Below the pieces are notes generated by a model that ran no database searches, was not told where the DNA came from, and worked only from the letters and a program-made list of their open reading frames with translations. A stretch of 64,000 nucleotides of DNA, from positions 23,002,001 through 23,066,000 of the forward strand of contig OX597815.1 in NCBI GenBank assembly GCA_951406725.2, given 5' to 3'. Source of the DNA: Octopus vulgaris (lineage: Eukaryota). Both the position numbers and the translations under genes were made by a program. Shown here one piece after another: positions 54,860 through 64,000 of this stretch (the first letter of the stretch is position 1; every line of letters starts with the position of its first letter).

Positions 54860-55323
54860 TCTCTATCCATCTGTGAATGCAAGGTCTGATGAATATGTAG
54901 CGGTGATTCGAAACCTAACCGCTAGATACTAGGTCAGGTCTGAGTGAAACACCATAGTTTCATGTGATCGGTCTATAAATCGACAATCGGCGTAAGGCTG
55001 TGGTGTGATATGGTTTTCTCGATTATTCTAGAATAATACCTTTTGTCTCCTCTGAAAACCGTTTTTAATGCGCAATTAATCACAGAGTGCCAAAGGCGGA
55101 TAACTAACTCACGTGCCTCCACTCTTGCCATGCAGATGATCAACGGTCGCTGACACCACGGATCACAACGGAGATTTGTGCAGATGACTTCGTGTATTTT
55201 TAGACCGACCGCATGTTGTCACACATAGCTTTCAATAATTTCAGAGCAGTTTTTCTCTCTCCCAATTGACAATTATTAGTACTGTTCATTATAAATTTTG
55301 CGCAACGATACATTCTCCGCTAC

Positions 55324-55527
55324 GGAGAGCTGGCAGAAACGTTAGCACGCCGGGCGAACTGCGTAGCCGTATTTCGTCTGCCGTTACGTTCTGAGTTCAA
55401 ATTCCGCCGCGGTCGACTTTGCCTTTCATCCTTTCGGGGTTGGTTAAATAAGTACCAGTTATTTATCCGTTTGTCTGTCCTTGTTTGTCCTCTCTGTGTT
55501 TAGCCCCTTGTGGGTAGTAAAGAAATA
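55324..55527 (+). mobile_element. SINE family A
   Basis: 17-bp TSD GATACATTCTCCGCTAC (55307-55323 / 55528-55544). Confidence 0.93.
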
Positions 55528-56432
55528 GATACATTCTCCGCTACACTAGGAACCAAGTCACCTTGCAAGAAATATATATTTATTAGTGAATGCATATTTG
55601 TCACTATACATGTGAGTCTAAAATATGTTGAGGTGAGGAGGGAGTTAAAATGAGACACAAAGAAAAGAAATGAGAGAAAACAAAGCGAGAAGGAGGATTA
55701 TGAGGTAGGATGGTGAACTATTGTTTAATATAGACAGAGGTTAAACGAAAGTTGGTTTGTCAATGTTCAGAAGAATAGGTGTATAATCCCCATGAAAATA
55801 AGTTAACAAAGATATTAAAGGTTGGTAGTAAGTCGTAGCCATCGGCAAAAACGCTTATCTTCACCCATTGACGTACCCATACTCATTCACACACGCGTGC
55901 AACACTCATACATACGTAAATGCTCACACACAAATACACAAAGATACAACAAATTAATGAATGAATGAAAGTTTAAACGCTCAGTTAATTTATAATACAC
56001 GCTACTTTCTTTCTTTTTGTTTACATGATCAAATGCAATGTTTATAGTTTCAATAATTTTCGAGTAAGTTTGTATATTACCGTATTCAGGACATATTTTA
56101 TTTTCCAGATTTTGAAACTAGTTTGATGCAAGATTAATTACAGATTTTGTGATATAGCTATATAATAAACGCAACAGTTATTTTATGTGTTATAGAGAAG
56201 CGATTATTTTCCTTGAAAATTTCTACACAAACAGGAACTTCATACACAAGCGTGTATCCTAAATGAATATATACGTATGTTAATAGGCGTAGGTCAGTTT
56301 ACTCACTTCACTTCTTATAGAATATATGTAGACATTGCACATTTAAAAGGACTAGACTTTATTCATTGACTTACATTCACACCATTGTACATTATTTACA
56401 TGTCCAGTACTGTAAATGTTTATAGCGTTCAG

Positions 56433-57068
56433 AGATCTTTACCTTTGACATACAGATTTTTAAAATATTTTTTTGTAACTAAACACTTTCAGACTTCGGA
56501 CACTGGTAGAATTTGTCATATAAAACATCTTTTACTCTTAGCATTTTTGAGAAAAACTTATATTTACGAAGTTATTTCACGTTAAAGTTCTCGTATTTCG
56601 GTAATTTCAACCAATCAATGACGTGTATTCAGTTGAATAAAATTACTGCCGTTGTTTATCAACAACAACTATCGGTGGTGTATTTTTCGTTTGTCACTGT
56701 TATTTATGACATCGTTCGTGCATTTGTAGTGGTTTTAAGATTTTAGGTTAGGGTGTTATGGTTAGGGTTAAGGTTTTAGGGTTAGGGTTGTTATAAATAA
56801 CAGTGACAAACGAAATATACACTGCCGGAAGTTCTTGTTGACAAACAACAGCAGTAATTTTATTCAGCTGAATACACGTCATTGATTGGTTGAAATTACC
56901 GAAATACGAGAACTTTAACGTGAAATAACTTCGTAAATATAAGTTTTTCTCAAAAATGCTAAGAGTAAAACATATTTTATATGACACATTCTACCAGTGT
57001 CCGAAGTTTGAAAGTGTTTAGTTACAAAAAATTATTTTTTAAATCTGTAGGTCAAAAGGTAAAGATCC
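56433..57068. mobile_element. Foldback MITE (Merlin-like termini) with central TTAGGG-like repeats
   Basis: ~275-bp inverted arms ending (G/A)GATCTTTACC / GGTAAAGATCC; arms related to the 413-bp MITE. Confidence 0.88.
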
Positions 57069-57597
57069 CTAGACTTTATTCATTGACTTATATTCACACC
57101 ATAGTACATTATTTACACGTCCAGTACTGTAAATGTTTATATCGTTCAGTACTATACTGTATACGTTGCCTCCTTTGCACACACAAGTATGTTCCGGGGG
57201 TGGGGGATAATACTGTAGGATGGCAGTCAAACTATTTCGTCCTAGCGTAGTAACACGCTGGGCTACGTTACTCTTCCTAGTCGGAACTGGCGGCGGAGGG
57301 ATACACATAGCAACTTCCACCCAGCCGTGATTTGCGCGAAATTTAAGAGAGCGAAGTTAGATGCTGCTTTGACGCCGACAAGATAACATGTTTCTATCAC
57401 GGCGCCCTGGTGATCGTTAGTCACGTGTTGCGACATGCTGGTATTTCTCTTGTATACACAGAGCAATTCATTGCCTTATCTCTCGCTATTAGCCGTGCCA
57501 CACACACTAATCACCATTTACATAAAGCATGGATTTTTACTGATTATTAGCGTGTTAACCCTTTTTTGCCAGCCTCATTCCATCAGATTACCATCTC

Positions 57598-58010
57598 GGA
57601 TCTTTTTGGTTTGACCGGCAGTTTTTTAAAATAATTTCCACGCAACTAAACACTTTTAAACTTCGTATACTGGTAGAATGTGTTTATAAAACATCTTTTT
57701 CTCTTGGCTTTATTGTGAAAATTCTATAGTTTGTCAGATATTTGTTGTTTTTTTCAATTTCTGCAATTTTAACCAATCACTGACGTCTATTGATGTGAAA
57801 ACATTCTGTGCCGTATGAATATGTCCCTCGTTTAAGAAACAGGTTGGGTTTATTTACATTTCTGAAGAGAAAAAGATACCCTTCCCCCCACCCCTAACCC
57901 TAACCCTAAAACAGATTGAAATGCAATAGATCGATATTAGGGTCATAATTATGGGTGACAATTTCATATGACACCGCTAGAAAAAACTGCCGTTCAAACC
58001 GAAAAAATCC
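57598..58010. mobile_element. Merlin-like MITE, 413 bp
   Basis: ~30-bp TIRs GGATCTTTTTGGTTTGA..; 8-bp TSD ACCATCTC; internal (CCCTAA)3. Confidence 0.92.
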
Positions 58011-58775
58011 ACCATCTCTATTCGCACACTAATGTGGAAATTGTAATAATCTTTGTTTCGTTTCAGAGCTGTTATCCGTTCCTTAAATAAATTTGTGGAT
58101 TACGTTAATCATTTGTGTACAACAGTTGTATCTTTAACTACATACTAAATTGGTAACTCTACTCCTTGTTACAATACTTATCACATAATTCTTTGTCTTC
58201 CAGTTTTATTGTAATGAAAATATTATATCGAAAGGTACACGTAAATTGAAGCTTCCCTAAAATTTTTATGCTCACAAATGGTACCTGTTAGTGTATCCAG
58301 TAACTGTTACTTAACCAAATATCTGGCACAGTACGAAGCAAACGTAATTTCATGTCAATCTGTCGTCGCAACATTTCTTTGACCCAGCTTCAAAGTGATA
58401 TGGTAAACAATGTCTTTTTTTCGCCCACATGTACAAAATTTATATTTCGAACATATCTTACAAACAATATTTGTGCTGCATCCAGCACATTTGTGAATGA
58501 TATTCCATTTCTGTGTCCTTTCTGCATTTTGGATGGTCGGCTATTTGCAACATCAATGTTTTATTCAATTTTTCTTGTGTGTGAAATGATGCTTTCTCTT
58601 CCGAGCAACAAAGTCTTACTCACCAGAGGGCTGCTGGCACTCTTCCCCACTCCCTACGATGCCCTACATGCGACAGTTCAGACATTTCAAATCAGGATTC
58701 TATACATTGAATTGATTTCACTTCATCACTGAAGACACAATGTCTTCGTGTATCAAATTTCTTATAGTGAATACC

Positions 58776-59009
58776 TATTTCTTTATTATCCACAAGGGGC
58801 TAAACAAAGAGAGGACAAACAAGGACAGACAAACGGATTAATTCGATTACATCGACCCCAGTGCGTAACTGGTACTTAATTTATCGACCCCAAAAGGATG
58901 AAAGGCAAAGTAGACCTCGGCGGAATTTGAACTCACAACGTAACGACAGACAAAATACGGCTAAGCATTTCGCCCGGCGTGCTAACGTTTCTGCCAGCTC
59001 GCCGCCTTA
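58776..59009 (-). mobile_element. SINE family A
   Basis: 12-bp TSD ATAGTGAATACC (58764-58775 / 59010-59021). Confidence 0.93.
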
Positions 59010-59186
59010 ATAGTGAATACCGTCGCTATGATGGCCCAGTTGTTCCTCTAATGCTGAAGATGCCCTGGACGCACTCGGTCGGTCCTAACGATGTCTGACC
59101 ATTCTTTTAGCTCCAAACGATATATCTTTGCTAGAGGCCTTTAAATATTTTCTGACTCTGAACACGAAGGACCCAGTTACGTTTTA

Positions 59187-59597
59187 GGATCTTTTTGGTT
59201 TGAACGGCAGTTTTTTTCTAGCGGTGTCATATGAAATTGTCACCCATAATTATGACCCTAGTATCGATCTATTGCATTTCAATCTGTTTTACGGTTAGGA
59301 GTGGGGGGGAGGGTATCTTTTTTTCTTCAGAAAAGTAAATAAACCCAATCTGTTTCTTAAACGAGGGACATAGTCATACGGCACAGAATGTTTTCACCTC
59401 AATAGACGTCATTGATTGGTTGAAATTGCAGAAATTGAAGAAAAAAACAACAAATATCTTACAAACTGTAGAATTTTCTCAATAAAGCCAAGAGAAAAAG
59501 ATGTTTTATAAACACATTCTACCATTATACGAAGTTTAAAAGTGTTTAGTTAGGTGGAAATTATTTTAAAAAACTGCCGGTCAAACCGAAAAGATCC
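59187..59597. mobile_element. Merlin-like MITE, opposite orientation to 57598-58010
   Basis: Same TIRs; 8-bp TSD ACGTTTTA. Confidence 0.92.
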
Positions 59598-59914
59598 ACG
59601 TTTTAGAAACTGGACATCTCCAAATCACTTGTTGGCGGCTACAGTCATGAGCATAGTGTGTCTTTTATTTTTCTATGTTAGACTGGAATCTGCCATGTTG
59701 ATGCTATTGGTACGTTGGAAAGAGAAATGATAAAGTTAAAATTTAGGACATTCTGCATAATACTATGTTAAGTCGTTTTCCATTTCAAAGCCCGCTAATT
59801 TGTATTCGCAACGCACCCCGAATATACTAAGATACACAAATACGTTGAAAATGTCATCAAAGAAATGCACTTTCTTGCAAAATTGTACTCTTAGAAATTT
59901 TGAGAGGAAGAAAC

Positions 59915-60328
59915 TGTAGTGATGCTACTGTGTAAGGTTCAGCGCGCATGCGCAGAATGGGACTACTTCCGGGTGGCCACCGGAAGTCTTGTGCATGTGC
60001 GGGAAACTGACCCCTAGAACACAGACCACTCACTCACTCTCTCTGGCCTTTTCAGCCCTCGTGAACAGACGTGCATTTGGTAGTCTCTGAGAACTCTACA
60101 CCGGCTTAGCAACGGACCACATCGAATCACTTCAATCAACCAACAAGAAGCAGTACAAAGATTCGGCTGTCGTTTCCCCTCAGAAATACGTACACCATCA
60201 CGAGTAATAAACAACATTTGCTGTCTTTCCCAGATAACCTGACTTCGTCTGTTATATTTAACTAAATTGAATGTGACGAGATCGGATCGGACACCCCTTC
60301 AGTGATACCGATTCCAGATCCTGTTACA
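59915..60328 (+). mobile_element. Solo LTR (Ty3/gypsy-like)
   Basis: TGTA...TACA termini, 4-bp TSD AAAC, internal AATAAA near 60205. Confidence 0.7.
59942..59988. promoter_or_regulatory. NRF1-type and paired ETS-type motifs inside the solo LTR
   Basis: GCGCATGCGCA, then ACTTCCGG and CCGGAAGT in inverted arrangement. Confidence 0.5.
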
Positions 60329-61100
60329 AAACTACTTTTCGTGACTAAATTATAACCATAACCCAGATCCTAACAATATTAAAGCAGCCAAATTAAAGAA
60401 TCCAAAGAGAAAGCTGCTTTGACCAACAAGATCAGACAGGCATATTTTGTTGCAGACACTATATATTAGTAATTCTTTGCGTCATTGGTAAAGTTGACTT
60501 GAAATATAACGGTTGATATCAAAAGAAAGGAGCATTAAAAAAGAACCCAACATACCTGTCACAGATAACAACAGGCACTCTAAAACAGTGGTTCCCAAAG
60601 TGGGCGGTACAGAAGTAACTAACTCGGAGAAACATTACTTTCATTATTCATACATCATCACTCTCGTAATGCAACACTTTGTAATTTTGATTAAAATTGA
60701 AAGTGTAAAACTATTGTAATTTTCTAATGAAACCTGGTCATTATAGAGCAGTATATTTCAAATGACTATAGCTGGTTGTTGAGATAACGTAGAAAATACG
60801 TAAATAAAAATAAAGTTTATTTGGTAGCCGAAAGATTACTGAATCTTTTGATACCCCTTACGTCAAAATCGGCAACTCAGTTTTCGAATGCGTAAGGAAC
60901 ATACGCACGCACACACACACACATTTTTTTTTTATATATAGATAGATAACAGCTAACACAAGGGGGAATCAGATCAGTCTTGGAGTTGTTTCACAAGTCC
61001 CATCTGCAAATTATGGGGAAAGTAAAGGCTGCTTGATTGCAGACACTATAAATCTCTTTGTCGACTCAGATTTATTGTCATAAATCCTGATATTTTAGAG

Positions 61101-61369
61101 CAGTGATTCCCAAACCTTTTCGGGCTGCCGTCCCCTTGACACCCGGGCCACATTCCTAGCGCCCCACCCCAAGTAACCATCACAAACATAGACCTCTTTC
61201 TGCAGCAAATTCAAAGCAACTGTATTTCACAAATAAAACTTAACCAAATGAATCCATTATCTTGTTATGAATCGCTACCCCATTATCACGCCACTTTTCT
61301 TCAACACTCCCTTGGAACATTCCACCGCCCCCGGGATGGGGGGGATACCGCCAACTTTGGGAATCACTG
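61101..61369. mobile_element. hAT (Charlie-like) MITE
   Basis: TIR CAGTGATTCCCAAA / TTTGGGAATCACTG; 8-bp TSD TTTTAGAG. Confidence 0.92.
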
Positions 61370-61420
61370 TTTTAGAGTGCCTGTTGTTGTCTGTGACATT
61401 GTAACTGTAGGTCATAATAA

Positions 61421-61449
61421 TCCCGGGTAACGCCGGGATGCATTGCTAG
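61421..61449 (+). mobile_element. Helitron 3' terminus
   Basis: CCCGGGTAACGCCGGG hairpin then CTAG|T, like 25505-25533. Confidence 0.75.
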
Positions 61450-61499
61450 TAATATGTATAAAATGTCTGCTGAATCACAAATTAATTTAAGAAGGAATT

Positions 61500-61830
61500 T
61501 TCTCAGATCAATATGATCATCGGGGATTCGATCCAGACTCAACCGCAGTTGTGATTGATTTTGAATGTGCTATGATTAATGCTATTTCTACAGATCTGTG
61601 ACCTGTGAGTCCTCTCATGGAAGGTCATTGAAAGTATTAGAAAGGATCAGGCTCTTGTATCTACAGCTCTGATTCTGGATTCTGGTGGTGAGCCTCGAAG
61701 AAAATGTTTCAAACATGCAGAACGAAGCAGCATCGGCAGAGTTTCAAGAATGTGTATCAGGAGTGTATTAATAAAAGGAAGACTAGATTAACTTCTGAAT
61801 GAAGTGGCTTGCTACAATATCAAGCAGAAG
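61500..61830 (+). pseudogene. Mutator-like (MULE) transposase remnant
   Basis: TAVVIDFECAMINAIS and WKVIESIRKDQALVSTALILDSGGEP. Confidence 0.55.
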
Positions 61831-62553
61831 TAGAATAAAATTTTAATTAAATATAACACTTAATGAAGTTTTCATTTTTTTTATATGCAGAAACAGTATG
61901 ATGTACAATTTTGCGCTTATTTTTTATGATACTATAAATAATTTTATTCTCCAATAAAATAGTGAGTTATAAATATATAATACAACCGTTAATGTATTGC
62001 TATAGTACAATATTAATGTCTTCATTTACAGTTATATATAACACCCAATTTCAGAGCTGATTACGTTACCTAGGTAACGTAATCAGATTGTGTTACTTAG
62101 ATAATTACTGTTAGCGGACAGTGTAGAGATTTGATAGACTTCATTTTATGAGTGTTCTTACAGCTAAACTACTAAAATTGAATCATTAAAAATTTAAAAC
62201 TTTTATGATTTTCTTTTCGAAAATTTGATTTATTATGTATTTGATTTTTGATTTTTATTCGTGGTTAGGTTTTCTGCTATTTTACATTTTAAACGTAGTA
62301 TTTAGCCCCATGGCCTTTTTGCCATAAGGGTCCGGTCTGTACCTTAGCTTCTAGTGGTGGTCAAAGCGAAGAAAGACAAGGTGGGCTCTATTATTGAGTG
62401 ACAATTTACTATTTCTCTGCATTTACTGTTTGCGGTGTGCATCCCATCAATAAGACCATTGATGTTTACAATTATTTCTACATATGTGTGTTCCTTATGC
62501 TCGCTGGCTTGAGTAGGCTAAGTTATAGTAGGGCGTTATATATGTGTCTAGAA

Positions 62554-63153
62554 GGCGGCGAGCTGGCAGTATCGTTAGCACGCCGGGTGAAATGCTTAGC
62601 GGTATTTCGTCTGTCGTTACGTTCTGAGTTCAAATTCCGCCGAGCTCGACTTTGCCTTTCATCCTTTCGGGGTCGATAAATAAAGTACCAGTTACGCACT
62701 GGGGGTCGATGTAATCGACTTAATACCTATGTCTGTCCTTGTTTGTCCCCTCTGTGTTTAGCCCCTTGTGGGTAATAAAGACGTAGGTATTTCGTCTGTC
62801 GTTACGTTCTGAGTTCAAATTCCGCCGAGGTCGACTTTGCCTTTCATCCTTTCGGGGTCGATAAATAAAGTACCAGTTACGCACTGGGGGTCGATGTAAT
62901 CGACTTAATACCTATGTCTGTCCTTGTTTGTCCCCTCTGTGTTTAGCCCCTTGTGGGTAATAAAGACGTAGGTATTTCGTCTGTCGTTACGTTCTGAGTT
63001 CAAATTCCGCCGAGGTCGACTTTGCCTTTCATCCTTTCGGGGTCGATAAATAAAGTACCAGTTTCGCACTGGGGTCGATGTAATCGACTTAATACCTTTG
63101 TCTATCCTTGTTTGTTCCCTCTATGTTTAGCCCCTTGTGGGTAGTAAAGAAAT
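62554..63153 (+). mobile_element. SINE family A trimer: one head plus three 185-bp body-tail units
   Basis: Units start at GGTATTTCG at 62601, 62786 and 62971. Confidence 0.93.
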
Positions 63154-63801
63154 ATATATATATATATATATGTCTAGGGCATTATATATTTGTCTAGCTA
63201 TTTGCTCATGGATTTTCATACAGTGAAAAGGACTGCGCAGGGTTGAAGTTTGGTACAGCTACGAGCTGTGCCCCACCCACGTCCAGAAGGTATTTTAGTT
63301 TTGTTGGGTAGGCGGTGTGTGTGTGTGTATTAGTGAAAAATCTTCAATACAGTCACTTTTCCTGCAAGAAAGTGCAGCCAAATCTTCCTCCAGAATAATC
63401 TAATACTGAATACCAGAAAAAAAGACAGGATGGTGACAGCTAGAATGACGTTCAATGGATAATTTCTTGGTATATAGAAATAATCCATATTCTATTTATG
63501 TGTGTATGTGGTATTCGTGTCTGGGAGAGCTGTCCTGTGTGTGATGGTCGTTTCTCCCACACTCATTTTTCTTAGTAAAATCATTTCCGTTAGTTTCCGA
63601 TCCAAGGAAAATAGTAAATTCAAAAATAATATTATCACAATAAAATAAATTTATAAAATCACGTTCGATGTGTACACCTTCCCTTCTTCATATCTAAATA
63701 TAGATGAGAGTTAAGATTAAAAACAAAAACTAAAATCTTTTTTTTAAATTTGCATTGTAGATCATTTATCAAAACGTTTGGTCTTCTTAATTTCAAAAGT
63801 T

Positions 63802-64000
63802 GGATCTTTTCGGTTTGAACGGCAGTTTTTTCTAGCGGTGTCATATGAAATTGTCACCCATAATTATGACCCTAGTATCGATCTATTGCATTTCAATCGG
63901 TTTTAGGGCTAGGGTTAGGGTATCTTTTTTTCTTCAGAAATGTAAATAAACCCAATCTGTTTCTTAAAACGAGGGACATATTCATACGGCACAGAATGTT
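63802..64000. mobile_element. Merlin-like MITE, cut by the window end
   Basis: Matches 59187 onward; contains TTAGGGCTAGGGTTAGGG. Confidence 0.9.

Larger units (their letters stand above)
58690..59696 (-). pseudogene. Decayed maT-like transposase N-terminal region, interrupted by a MITE and a SINE
   Basis: ATG at 59696; SDLEMSSF*NVTGSFVFRVRKYLKAS..AKR..SDIVRT..IHED once the inserts are removed. Confidence 0.6.

Noticed and set aside
56743-56788. Chromosome-end or telomere-fusion relic
   Set aside because: The repeats are short and lie inside TIR-bounded MITEs

Overview
AT-rich, repeat-saturated eukaryotic DNA. The SINE/LINE repertoire and microsatellite load look like an octopod cephalopod genome; this is an inference from family recognition, not a database result. 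I found no intact host protein-coding gene, rRNA, true tRNA gene or CRISPR array. The window is a nested patchwork of decayed mobile elements: Penelope-like elements (PLE), RTE, CR1-like, L1/Tx1-like and R4/Dong-like LINE fragments, several tRNA-derived SINE families, mariner, maT (DD37D), Merlin, MULE, hAT, Tc2-like and piggyBac-like DNA elements, Helitron/Helentron derivatives and one solo LTR. The most interesting signals are: (1) a series of minimal type-I hammerhead ribozyme motifs with palindromic stem III, the best one nearly canonical at 16388-16430 (-); (2) an R4/Dong-like element beside a 1.5-kb pure (AAT)n tract; (3) a SINE that appears to target GGTAT and to insert into itself; (4) Merlin-type MITEs carrying TTAGGG repeats, one flanked by an 81-bp direct duplication; (5) a 6-copy tandem array of a splice-acceptor-like unit near candidate minus-strand mini-exons. 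Boundaries of decayed elements without target-site duplications (TSDs) are approximate.
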